Shown piece by piece: positions 19,545 through 28,724 of a stretch of 64,000 bases of DNA. The stretch spans positions 204,183 through 268,182 of the forward strand of contig CP070842.1 in the NCBI GenBank assembly GCA_020342155.1, read 5' to 3'. A program made the translations under genes and the position numbers. Source of the DNA: Dehalococcoidales bacterium (GTDB taxonomy: Bacteria > Chloroflexota > Dehalococcoidia > Dehalococcoidales > Fen-1064). The notes under the pieces were generated by a model that worked only from the letters and a program-made list of their open reading frames with translations, was not told where the DNA came from and did not search any database. The number at the start of each line of letters is the position of its first letter. Position 1 is the stretch's first letter.

Positions 19545-19853
19545 TTAATGGTCTGTACGTTCTTTGTTTATCTCTTCCTTCAACCTGCAGCACTCTTCTA
19601 AGTCGACACTAAATACATTTGCCAGTGCTATCACATAATATAAAACGTCATAGAGCTCTTCTTCAATCGTGCCTTTGATAGTCTCATTGTGGTCGCCCGG
19701 GTATCTTTGGTTTTTCCTTATTACTTCCGCGAGCTCTCCCACTTCCTCTACGAGCTTCATAAAGTAGCCCTCTTTTAACTCAGGGTTGAAGTCCTTAGAC
19801 TTAATGTATTGCTGCAGGTATCTAATCGTTATGTCATGTTTCATAGCCATCAT
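19545..19853 (-). CDS. MazG-like nucleotide pyrophosphohydrolase (small, single-domain)
   Basis: KLVEEVGELAEVIRK ... EELYDVLYYVIALAN EExxE/D motifs. Visibly lower GC than its neighbours. Confidence 0.7.
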   Translation of the reverse strand: MMAMKHDITIRYLQQYIKSKDFNPELKEGYFMKLVEEVGELAEVIRKNQRYPGDHNETIKGTIEEELYDVLYYVIALANVFSVDLEECCRLKEEINKERTDH

Positions 19854-19858
19854 CTTTG

Positions 19859-20338
19859 CTAGAGATGCCCCTCCATGGTGTTATAAGCCGCCCGGAGCCG
19901 GTCACCGAGCAGGCAGGCCAGCCGATCCATCACCTTGAACCCGATTACCGGCTCTTTCTCAAGCGCTGCCCTGAGCCTGGCCCCTTCGATGGCGATTAAT
20001 TCGCTGGGCTGGCGGCAGACAGCCGAGGCAGTGGTGTAACGGGGCCCGTAGAGCAGTGCCGACCAGCCCATAGCCCTGCCCTTACTCAAAAGCCCCAGAG
20101 GCCGGGTAGCCGTCTTGCCACCAAGATTGACCGTCCGCTGCAGAACCACCTGGCCGCTGACAATAACGTAGAGATTGGAGCTGATTTCCCCCTGGTCAAA
20201 AACGTGGTTACCGGCCTGGTAGGATTCCTTTCGGCAGCTATCTCCGAGCAGACCGGTAATTACCTGCACCTCCCCCTCGTCCAGCGAATCGAACAGCTCA
20301 CAGGTTCTCAGGTCTTTACAAATATCGCCAACTGCCAT
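19859..20338 (-). CDS. cyclic nucleotide-binding domain protein (no DNA-binding domain)
   Basis: 159 aa with a cNMP-binding beta-roll pattern (FDQGEISSNLYVIVSGQV...RAMGWSALL...AIEG). Confidence 0.6.
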   Translation of the reverse strand: MAVGDICKDLRTCELFDSLDEGEVQVITGLLGDSCRKESYQAGNHVFDQGEISSNLYVIVSGQVVLQRTVNLGGKTATRPLGLLSKGRAMGWSALLYGPRYTTASAVCRQPSELIAIEGARLRAALEKEPVIGFKVMDRLACLLGDRLRAAYNTMEGHL

Positions 20339-20408
20339 GTTCCCCTCCTTACCCCAAAGGCGATGTATTACGGTTGTCTCGGTATTCTATAACTGCTACG
20401 CCGGTCCG

Positions 20409-21599
20409 TCAAACCCATCTTGTACGCTTGCTACGGTTCTTGGCCGAACCCGTAACAGGCAGGTGCTCCTCAACCAGTGACGCCTCAACCAATCGCCAGA
20501 AATTCTCGGCATCCGCCCCGGTGACGACTGCCTTTTCATGGGCCTCACTCAGGGATACCGGGTAGCCATGCCCCCGCTGACACTGGTCAAGAACAAGGGT
20601 ATGAGTAAGACTGAGCAGGTCTTCATCGGCAGCTACCCACTGCGGTATCTCAATCCTGGCGACCTCAGCGTCTACCCTCAGATAAAAGAAGTGAACTTGG
20701 TGGGCTCCGTAGCGCTGCTGGATTTTGGAGGAGCTGATAAAAAGTGAGGAACGCTCCCCGGGCTCGAGCAGACTGGTAAATAGCTCACGGTCACGCACAC
20801 CGGCAAGGGAATCGCATTCCCGTGTCTCACACGCCGGGCAGCGGTCGCTGTCAACTGTCTCCCTGGGACAAACGGCAACGCGCAGCGTATTGATGACATC
20901 GGTACTGCGGGGGAAGCTGATGTAGCTGGCGAGAGTGAGTCTCTTCTCCTGACCGAGTTTACTTAATTCTTCAAGACACGTCAGGAAGCCATTATCAAGC
21001 AGCTCTTCAGCAACGAAATCGGCATAGGCCTCCAGATTCCAGAGAATCAGTGAGCCATCAAGCAGTGCCAGGGTCGGGTTATTCGCCGGTACTGCTACTG
21101 CCAGCTCCACCAGGTGACGGCACTCATCGACACCGCGTTTGATACCCAGCAAGGCACCTTCTATCGGCTGCTCACGGCCTCGCTGCCCCGGCGCTGCAAT
21201 CACCAGGTCTTCATCACCGGCGTAGAGACGGGGCAAACTGTCGAGGACAGCCCCTGGATTGGTACCGTAGTGGAGGGTGACCGAGCCGATGTTTATCAGG
21301 TAGCAACGTGTCGAGCGGTGCCGGTCGACATCGATATGGGAACCGTCACTGGCGATAACCGTGAAATCTGCCGGTACCGGCGGTGCCGGATAACATTTGT
21401 CAAGACCATCTACCAGACCGGCCACCAGCCACGTCGTCCGGCTGGCGTTAATTTTCTCCCGAAGTCGCCCGATGTCGTCCTGGCTGGTGAGCACTGCCAG
21501 GGCATGCTCAAGGCGTTCCCGTCTTTCACGACTGCTTGCCCTCAGCCTGGCCGCCATAGCAGCCACCTGCGTAACAATCTTGCTCAAGTCCAGGGCCAT
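20409..21599 (-). CDS. NurA-domain nuclease-like protein
   Basis: 396 aa with IASDGSHIDVDRH and LLDGSLILWNLE (D-G-S acidic motifs of the NurA family). Confidence 0.55.
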   Translation of the reverse strand: MALDLSKIVTQVAAMAARLRASSRERRERLEHALAVLTSQDDIGRLREKINASRTTWLVAGLVDGLDKCYPAPPVPADFTVIASDGSHIDVDRHRSTRCYLINIGSVTLHYGTNPGAVLDSLPRLYAGDEDLVIAAPGQRGREQPIEGALLGIKRGVDECRHLVELAVAVPANNPTLALLDGSLILWNLEAYADFVAEELLDNGFLTCLEELSKLGQEKRLTLASYISFPRSTDVINTLRVAVCPRETVDSDRCPACETRECDSLAGVRDRELFTSLLEPGERSSLFISSSKIQQRYGAHQVHFFYLRVDAEVARIEIPQWVAADEDLLSLTHTLVLDQCQRGHGYPVSLSEAHEKAVVTGADAENFWRLVEASLVEEHLPVTGSAKNRSKRTRWV

Positions 21600-21737
21600 C
21601 TTTCACTCCTGACACACCAGACTATCTCACCCTGAAAGTATAGTGAATACAGTAGAGTAACTCAAGCCATTGTACCCATATCATTAGCGACATTTTGACA
21701 TTCTCTTTTATACTGCATCACCCAGTTTGATGGTGTT

Positions 21738-21820
21738 GGCCCCATCCCCTTAATCCCCTTCCCCAACGGGGAAGGGGAAGAATTAAAAAGAGGGGCTACG
21801 CCCCTCTTTAACTCGCTCCC
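21738..21820 (+). repeat. composite GC-rich double-hairpin repeat, copy E2
   Basis: ggccccatccccttaatCCCCTTCCCCaacGGGGAAGGGG...AAGAGGGGCtacGCCCCTCTT. The first 28 nt are identical to the copy at 48842. Confidence 0.85.
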
Positions 21821-21856
21821 AGTGGGTATGTTACAATCTTTCAAGAGGTAATACCT

Positions 21857-22468
21857 ATGCTGCCAATCCTACTCAGTGTCGTCGTAATCTCGCTGTCCGG
21901 CGTGATGATGCCGGGGCCGGTGTTTGCTGTCACCGTTGCCAAAAGCTACCACAGCCCCTGGGTGGGAGCCAAGATAGCCCTTGGCCATGCCGTGATAGAA
22001 GTACCGTTGATACTGCTGATATACTTCGGCTTCGCCCAGTTCTTCGAGAATGCTACCGTGCATCTGGTACTGAGCCTGTTGGGTGGCGCTGTCATTATCT
22101 GGCTGGGTTTCAGCATGTTCCGCGCCCGCGCTGAGGTAGTATACGGAGGCAAAGACCTCTCTTACAACGCCACTACCGCTGGTATCATAACAAGCGGACT
22201 CAACCCTTCCTTCCTGCTCTGGTGGGCAACTATCGGTCTGATGCTCATTGAGCGGATAGATGACTATGGCACCGCTGGTCTGACCGCCCTCATCGTCGTC
22301 CACTGGTCATGCGACCTGGTATGGCTATCACTGGTATCGGTACTGATATATAAGACTCAGACGCTCTGGGCGAAACGCTTCCAGGAAGGGCTCTTCATCA
22401 TTTGCAGCCTGCTACTGGCGGGGTTCGGGGTGTGGTTCATCGTCTCAGGCATCCAGCAGGCGGTTTAG
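21857..22468 (+). CDS. LysE/RhtB family amino-acid exporter
   Basis: 203 aa, 5-6 TM. N-terminal MPGPVFAVTV pattern typical of the LysE family. Confidence 0.65.
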   Translation: MLPILLSVVVISLSGVMMPGPVFAVTVAKSYHSPWVGAKIALGHAVIEVPLILLIYFGFAQFFENATVHLVLSLLGGAVIIWLGFSMFRARAEVVYGGKDLSYNATTAGIITSGLNPSFLLWWATIGLMLIERIDDYGTAGLTALIVVHWSCDLVWLSLVSVLIYKTQTLWAKRFQEGLFIICSLLLAGFGVWFIVSGIQQAV

Positions 22469-22469
22469 G

Positions 22470-23378
22470 TCACTCCTGGCGCAGGCTGCATTCGAGCACC
22501 TGACAAACGTGGCACTCAATCCGGCAGGGCTCGACGTGGATGGTAATACTGGTATTGGCCAGCCTGTCTTCGATGTCTTTCTCCAGGTGGTCACACATGT
22601 CGTGGGCCTCTTCCACACTGGCGTTCTTGGGCATTACCAGATGCAGGTCGATGAAACGCTGGTTACCAGCTTTTCGACCGCGGATGGCGTGAAAACCGGC
22701 CAGTTGGCCGCGGTGCTCGTCTATGCAGGTGACCAGCATTTTCTGCTCCTCTTCAGGCAGGCGGACATCGGTCAACTCTACTACTGACCGCTGGATGACG
22801 TCGTAAGCAGCTTTTAATATCAAACTAGCCACTCCGAGAGCAATAATCGGGTCAACAATGTCCCACCCGGTTATGCGTATCACTGCCATCGCCACCAGAA
22901 CACCGGTTGCGGAATAAACATCGGCGGTGATATTACGGGCGGACGCTTCCAGCGCCAGCGAACCGGTTGCCTGTGACACCCGATGCAGGTGACGGGCTAG
23001 GAAGAGACTGACTACTACCGAGAGCACCATCACAAGGATTCCGGCCTCGGCATACTCCACCACGACACCATCAATAATCCGGGTAATTGCCGAATAGATT
23101 ATTAAGCCACCCGCCGCCAGAATCAGCACTGCCTGCCCAATGGCAGCAATACCTTCCACTTTGCCATGTCCGAAAGGGTGCCCTTCATCGGCCGGCATCA
23201 CTGCCATGCGAACAGCAAAGAGGGTAATCGTGATGCCAAACAGGTCAAGGAAGCTGTCCATAGCCTGGGCGGTGATACTGAGACTCCCGGTTATCCAGGC
23301 CACCACTACCTTGACAAGAATCAGGATAAAGACGGCGATTAGGGCTAGCCGGGCAGCACCAGTCCTCGTTGAGAACAT
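22470..23378 (-). CDS. cation diffusion facilitator (CDF) family transporter
   Basis: 6 TM plus cytoplasmic domain. SLSITAQAMDSFLDL and HVEP patterns. Confidence 0.75.
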   Translation of the reverse strand: MFSTRTGAARLALIAVFILILVKVVVAWITGSLSITAQAMDSFLDLFGITITLFAVRMAVMPADEGHPFGHGKVEGIAAIGQAVLILAAGGLIIYSAITRIIDGVVVEYAEAGILVMVLSVVVSLFLARHLHRVSQATGSLALEASARNITADVYSATGVLVAMAVIRITGWDIVDPIIALGVASLILKAAYDVIQRSVVELTDVRLPEEEQKMLVTCIDEHRGQLAGFHAIRGRKAGNQRFIDLHLVMPKNASVEEAHDMCDHLEKDIEDRLANTSITIHVEPCRIECHVCQVLECSLRQE

Positions 23379-23385
23379 CCGGTCA

Positions 23386-24330
23386 CTACCCCCTCCGGGC
23401 TCCCCTAGCAGTCAGAGATGGTCGCCGAATGAAACCAAATAATCTGCCCTGCTCCCAGACCACCAGCAACTGAGGTGCCACAAAGAGTGAGCTGTAGGTG
23501 CCGGCGATGACACCGATAAGCAGCACAACGGCGAAGTTCTGAATCGCTACACCGACAAAGAGTACCAAAGCTATTACCACCGCCAGCGTCGTCAGGCTGG
23601 TGTTCAGTGACCGGCTTAGAGTCTCCACCAGGCTGCTGTTAACCACAACCTCAAAATCGGAGCTTATACCCTGACGCAGGTTCTCCCGTATCCGGTCGAA
23701 GACCACCACGGTATTGTTCACACTGTAGCCGATAACAGCCAGAATCCCGGTGATAAACATCAGGTTGACTTCCCAGTTCATGATACCACCGAGTAGGGAG
23801 AAAATCCCCACTACCACCACCACATCATGCAACAGGGCAACTAAGGCACAGGTACCATAGCGGAAAGGCCTGGGCATCCTGTGAAAAGCCCAGGTGATAT
23901 ATACAAGTATGCCGACAGCAGCCACACCCACAGCGATACCGGCCACTGTTGCCGTTCCTGTGGATACTTCAGACGATACCACTCGGAACTCCGGTTCGTC
24001 CTTCAGGTTACCGAAACTACTTACCAGACTATCCAGAAAATTCTGCTGTTCTTCCTCACTCAATTGTTGCGTACGAATAAGGAACCCCTCCTCAACCCCT
24101 TCCTCGGTAAGTATGTTCTGCACAATGGCGCCTTCATAGCCAAGGTCAACCAGGGCTTGCACCAGTAGCCCACTATCTACGTCTTCTTCAAAGTTTATCC
24201 TGGCTTCTAGGCCACTACTGAACTCGATACCGAGCTTCAGGCCAAATACCAGCAGGGAGATAATACTGGCAAGTATTACTAAACCAGAAATGCAAAAGAA
24301 CCATTTTCTCTTGCCTACAATATCAAACAT
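23386..24330 (-). CDS. secF: protein translocase subunit SecF
   Basis: 314 aa with SecF-type TM bundle (GIEFSSG..., FDRIREN). Overlaps the secD end. Confidence 0.85.
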   Translation of the reverse strand: MFDIVGKRKWFFCISGLVILASIISLLVFGLKLGIEFSSGLEARINFEEDVDSGLLVQALVDLGYEGAIVQNILTEEGVEEGFLIRTQQLSEEEQQNFLDSLVSSFGNLKDEPEFRVVSSEVSTGTATVAGIAVGVAAVGILVYITWAFHRMPRPFRYGTCALVALLHDVVVVVGIFSLLGGIMNWEVNLMFITGILAVIGYSVNNTVVVFDRIRENLRQGISSDFEVVVNSSLVETLSRSLNTSLTTLAVVIALVLFVGVAIQNFAVVLLIGVIAGTYSSLFVAPQLLVVWEQGRLFGFIRRPSLTARGARRG

Positions 24331-25900
24331 TTTTCCTTCCTGAATACGGCGTAAAGAGTTCAGTCCGCTTTCCTAATTGAGTACCGACGAACAGACGTAG
24401 CAAGGTTCGTGTTACCACGATAGCGGTGAGCATACTTACTGCCACACCAATGAAGAGGGTCAGAGCGAAACCCATGATGGGCTCTCCTGCGATGACACTG
24501 GTACCGACCCAATATAGAATGATACAGACAATGAAGGTGGTAACGTTACTATCCCGAATAGCCGTCCACGCCCGGCTAAATCCAGCCTCGATAGCGGCTC
24601 CCAATGTCCGCCCCCTTCTCATCTCCTCCTTCATCCGTTCAAAGATGAGTACGTTGGCATCGACGGCCATACCCAGAGACAGCACAAAGCCACCGATGCC
24701 TGCCAGTGTCAGGGTAACCGGTATCAGCTTAAAAAGGGCCAGAACCACTACCCCGTAAAAGACCAAGGCTAGACTGGCCAAAAGACCGGGTATGCGATAA
24801 TAGATAATCATAAACAGCACAACCAGTATGGCACCAATCAATCCGGCTTTGAGACCCATATCGACCGAGATATTACCTCGTGTAGCCGATACCAGGTCTT
24901 CGTATAGCGGCTCATCGCTCAGAGGCATAGGTAATGAACCAGACTCAAGCAGGTTGGCCAGGCGAATTGCTTCTTGTGCCGTATACTGACCGGTAATCTC
25001 GCCCCTGCCTTCTGAATACTCAGGGAGTAGAATTTGAGGTGCTGATAGTAGCTCATCGTCCAGAAAAATCCCAACAGAACGCTGGTCAGAACCCTCCGGA
25101 CCGGAATAATATATCTGCTCAGCTACCTCATTGAAAAGGTCGCCGCCCTCCTCAGTCCAGACAATCCCAACCTTCATTCCACCACCGCTTTGATCCAATC
25201 GAGCATCAGCCTCTGCTAGAAACTCGCCGGTAAGGAGAGTGCCATCCTGTCCTCTGGCAGGAATCCAGCTCCGAATCTGAAGTGGGAATGTAATTGCTTC
25301 CAACTCTTCTTTTAGTTCCTCTATGTCAATGACGTTGCCCCCACTGTCGAAAAAGCTGAGAGTCTCGTCTTCACCCTTGACTAAAAACGCTATAGGCAGG
25401 CCCTCTTGATAAAATTCCTCAGCAAATACCCGTGTGCCATCCTCAACCTCATTGAAGAACTCAAGCTCTTCAAGCTCCAGATAGCTACTGAGATATACGG
25501 GATCACCCTCATCATCCAGCTCTACCATTTTGAATTCCAGGAAGCCGGTCTGTTTTACCAGCTTCTTAGCTTCTTCAATGTCAGTGAACCCGGGTAGTTT
25601 TACTGAAATACTTTCTTCACCCCCAACCTCAAGTGTCTGGATAGTAGGTTCGGTGACACCATATCTATCGATTCGGGTTCGGATGACCTCAAGCGCTCTA
25701 TCAATACCCTGTGCCCGTTCCTCGGCTGAGGTTCCTTCAGGAAACTCGGCCTTATACACCAGGGAGACACCCCCGACAAGGTCAAGCCCCAATCGGGTCC
25801 CCCTGTTACCCAGTATGCCTTCATCAAATGGAAACACTACCAACGCTGCCAGGATAAAAACAATAATTACACTGATGAAAATCCAGGTGTTTCTTCTCAT
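24323..25900 (-). CDS. secD: protein translocase subunit SecD
   Basis: 525 aa with LGLDLVGGV..., periplasmic domain, C-terminal RND-like TM bundle and IFERMKEE. Confidence 0.85.
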   Translation of the reverse strand: MRRNTWIFISVIIVFILAALVVFPFDEGILGNRGTRLGLDLVGGVSLVYKAEFPEGTSAEERAQGIDRALEVIRTRIDRYGVTEPTIQTLEVGGEESISVKLPGFTDIEEAKKLVKQTGFLEFKMVELDDEGDPVYLSSYLELEELEFFNEVEDGTRVFAEEFYQEGLPIAFLVKGEDETLSFFDSGGNVIDIEELKEELEAITFPLQIRSWIPARGQDGTLLTGEFLAEADARLDQSGGGMKVGIVWTEEGGDLFNEVAEQIYYSGPEGSDQRSVGIFLDDELLSAPQILLPEYSEGRGEITGQYTAQEAIRLANLLESGSLPMPLSDEPLYEDLVSATRGNISVDMGLKAGLIGAILVVLFMIIYYRIPGLLASLALVFYGVVVLALFKLIPVTLTLAGIGGFVLSLGMAVDANVLIFERMKEEMRRGRTLGAAIEAGFSRAWTAIRDSNVTTFIVCIILYWVGTSVIAGEPIMGFALTLFIGVAVSMLTAIVVTRTLLRLFVGTQLGKRTELFTPYSGRKNV

Positions 25901-27489
25901 CTGCTTTCCTCAGTAGATAAACGACCACGGACATACTCCAGCGCATCCTCCCGGGTGGTTACCTCCCCAACCGCCTGTGCCTCACGTACCGCCTCAAGGA
26001 GTTCTCCGAGGCCGGGACCGGAACTGAGCCCGAAGATATTAATCAGGTCATGCCCGTCGACCAGCTTCACGGGACGGACCTGGCTCTGTTGTCCGTAGTA
26101 TTGCTTGAGAACGTAATCAACGATGTGGGTATGCTCCTGCCAGCCAGCCCGGTCTAGGTGCGGGCCTCTGGTTGCCAGGTGATCAGCCAGACTGAGAAAA
26201 AGGGTATCGATACCAGCCTCTCCAGCATCGCGGAAATACCGGTAGATAGCCCGGTGGGTGGGCAGACCGCCCTGACTCATCTGCATTGGCCGGAGGTGAT
26301 ACTTCACCATGGTCTCGACCAGCCTGATTTCTTTCGTACTGAATCTCAGCCTCTCCAGGATAGCAGCCGTCAGTAACGCCCCCTCTTGGGCGTGTCCCAG
26401 AAAACGCATCCGTCCGTCAGGTTCAATCGCCTTCGTCTGCGGTTTGGCGATATCATGCAGCAGCGCCGCCAGCCTGAGGAGTGCCCCTCCGGTGCTGCCA
26501 CTACTGACCTCCTGCTCAAAATGCCGGGCAAGCTCGGTTGACCAGGGAATGGTCGACAGCAACTCACCGTTAGCATGCTCCCAACCCCCTTCACGGAGGA
26601 GAAAATCAACAGCTACCACCATTTCCAGAGAATGGTCGAAGACATCCCAGAAGTGTTCCTTGGGCTGTTCGACGCCTTTTAGCACGTCCAGCTCCGGGAG
26701 CACAGCCGTCAGCAGGCCCAGCTTATCCATGTAAGCAATAAACTGTCCGCTCTCGGGCACGACAAGGAGACGGAGTAGTTCCTCCCTCACCCGCTCACCG
26801 GCAACACTGCTCACCTGATGAGCGTACTGGCTAATCTGCACTTCAGTGTCACAGTCAACGCTAAAACCGAGTTCGGCGGCAAGACGTACCGCCCGCAGCA
26901 AACGGACGGTATCTGCCTCAAAAGCCGACTCGCTGACACTCCGGACCACGCCCCGGTCAAGGTCTTCACAGCCATTGAAAGGGTCGATCAATCGCACGCT
27001 CCGGGAGTCCTTAATCAGCTGGTCTATATCGATTGCCATTGCGTCTATGGTGAAATCGCGCCGTGCCAGGTCCTGCTCAATATCGCCTTCGTAAGAAGAA
27101 AAGTCGAGTTGCCACGGTTCATCGACTGCATGCACCCCGGTAACAATCACCCTGGCGACCCCGAAGGTCTCGTCCAGCAGAACGTATTTACTATTGAGGG
27201 CATCAGCCACCCGGCAGGCAACCTCGAGAGCATCGGTAGCGACAGCGATATCAATATCGAGCGTAGTCCGGCCAAGCAGCGTGTCGCGCACGAAACCACC
27301 AACGACATATCCCCGAACATCAAATTCGCTGAGAAGCCCGCTCGTTTCAGTTAAGAGTGGCATTGCACCGGATTCGGCCAAATTCTCGAAGAATTCTTTC
27401 CCGACCTTTTTAGTTAAATCGAGTCCCATCATCTTGCTTCCATTCTCCATAGAAAAACGGACCGCATGCCCCAAGCAGGCCTGAGTCAA
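25897..27489 (-). CDS. CCA-adding enzyme/poly(A) polymerase family protein with C-terminal HD domain
   Basis: GGFVRDTLL...DIDIAV, RRDFTIDAM and HD motif LLHDIAKP. True start is possibly an internal Met (about 27432). Confidence 0.75.
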   Translation of the reverse strand: MTQACLGHAVRFSMENGSKMMGLDLTKKVGKEFFENLAESGAMPLLTETSGLLSEFDVRGYVVGGFVRDTLLGRTTLDIDIAVATDALEVACRVADALNSKYVLLDETFGVARVIVTGVHAVDEPWQLDFSSYEGDIEQDLARRDFTIDAMAIDIDQLIKDSRSVRLIDPFNGCEDLDRGVVRSVSESAFEADTVRLLRAVRLAAELGFSVDCDTEVQISQYAHQVSSVAGERVREELLRLLVVPESGQFIAYMDKLGLLTAVLPELDVLKGVEQPKEHFWDVFDHSLEMVVAVDFLLREGGWEHANGELLSTIPWSTELARHFEQEVSSGSTGGALLRLAALLHDIAKPQTKAIEPDGRMRFLGHAQEGALLTAAILERLRFSTKEIRLVETMVKYHLRPMQMSQGGLPTHRAIYRYFRDAGEAGIDTLFLSLADHLATRGPHLDRAGWQEHTHIVDYVLKQYYGQQSQVRPVKLVDGHDLINIFGLSSGPGLGELLEAVREAQAVGEVTTREDALEYVRGRLSTEESR

Positions 27490-27647
27490 TCAACACTATA
27501 CCCTTAGTCTGCTGATTTATCAAGGGGGCTCATTTGACTGGACAGGTTGTTACCGCAAGGTTTTATTTACATCTGGTTGCTCCGTCATTACTACTGTTCT
27601 CTACTGGGTATCAACCAAAACCAAGCAGAACCCACCGGAAAAGTCCC

Positions 27648-27677
27648 TTGCTTTTGCCGAATCGTGTGTGGTATACT
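27648..27677 (+). promoter_or_regulatory. putative nuo operon promoter (TTGCTT, 18-nt spacer, TGgTATACT)
   Basis: -35 at 27648-27653. -10 TATACT at 27672-27677 with TG extension. Lies 32 nt upstream of the nuoA TTG start. Confidence 0.4.
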
Positions 27678-27708
27678 TTTCTCTGGTTTGTGACCAGGGA
27701 GGCATTAG

Positions 27709-28080
27709 TTGCTAGCAGACTTCGGCTTCGTCGGACTGTTCATAATCGCTGCCATTGCCTTTAGCTGTTTATTAGTTATCATCCCGGTAGTTCTAAGGTT
27801 CTTCAAACTGGTACCCCACAACCCCAATCCCATCAAGAATGCTACCTTCGAATGCGGCATGGAGACGATTGGCAAGACGTGGGTGCAGTTCAACTTCCGA
27901 TATTACTACTATGCCCTGATATTCATCGCCCTGGATATTCTGGTGGTCTTCCTCTATCCATGGGCAGTTAAGCTGAGAGAATTGGGGACTTTCGGCCTCA
28001 CCGGGGTAATCATCTTTATTGTCATTATCCTGATTGCCTACCTTTATGCGTGGCAGAAGAAGGTTCTGGAATGGAAGTAA
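27709..28080 (+). CDS. nuoA: NADH-quinone oxidoreductase subunit A
   Basis: 123 aa, 3 TM. FECG motif (ATFECGME). TTG start with GGGAGG upstream. Confidence 0.85.
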   Translation: MLADFGFVGLFIIAAIAFSCLLVIIPVVLRFFKLVPHNPNPIKNATFECGMETIGKTWVQFNFRYYYYALIFIALDILVVFLYPWAVKLRELGTFGLTGVIIFIVIILIAYLYAWQKKVLEWK

Positions 28081-28679
28081 GCAGCGGTAGGGAACACTTA
28101 TACTCGGATACGGAACTCGACCTGCTCGAAGGGCAGGTCATTGAGGACCTGAAGGCAGCCAGTCAAGAGCCAATCTCTGACCCCGATAGCTGGCTGGACG
28201 AGGAACTGAGCCAAAATGTCCTGCTGACCAGGCTGGACTGGATAATCAACTGGGGACGACGTTCCTCAATGTGGCCGGTAATCTGCTTCCCGGCGTGCTG
28301 CGCTTTTGAGTTCATTTCGGTGATGGGCCCCCGCTTTGACATGGGGCGCTTTGGCATGGAAGTCCTGCGTGCTTCGCCGCGTCAGGCAGACCTTTTAATA
28401 ACGGCAGGCACACTGACCTGGAAGATGGCACCCAATGTGAGGCGGATATACAACCAGATGGCCGAGCCGAAATGGGTCATCGCCATGGGTGCCTGTGGCA
28501 TCAGTGGTGGTATCTTTCGTTCATCGTATAATGTCGTCCCGGGATACAACCGTATTGTTCCGGTCGACGTTTACGTACCCGGCTGCCCACCGCGTCCAGA
28601 GGCACTGCTATACGGCATACAGATGCTGCAGAAAAAGATTGCCAGAAGAGGCAATTTTGCCAATGGTGGCCAACCTTAA
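28071..28679 (+). CDS. nuoB: NADH-quinone oxidoreductase subunit B (acidic N-terminal extension)
   Basis: N2-cluster cysteines (PACCAFE, GACG, PGCPP). ATG at 28071 or GVG-type GTG at 28050; overlaps the nuoA end. Confidence 0.85.
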   Translation: MEVSSGREHLYSDTELDLLEGQVIEDLKAASQEPISDPDSWLDEELSQNVLLTRLDWIINWGRRSSMWPVICFPACCAFEFISVMGPRFDMGRFGMEVLRASPRQADLLITAGTLTWKMAPNVRRIYNQMAEPKWVIAMGACGISGGIFRSSYNVVPGYNRIVPVDVYVPGCPPRPEALLYGIQMLQKKIARRGNFANGGQP

Positions 28680-28724
28680 AATGATGCAATAATGTCGCTG
28701 AATCCAGTTTAAGGAGTTAGACCG

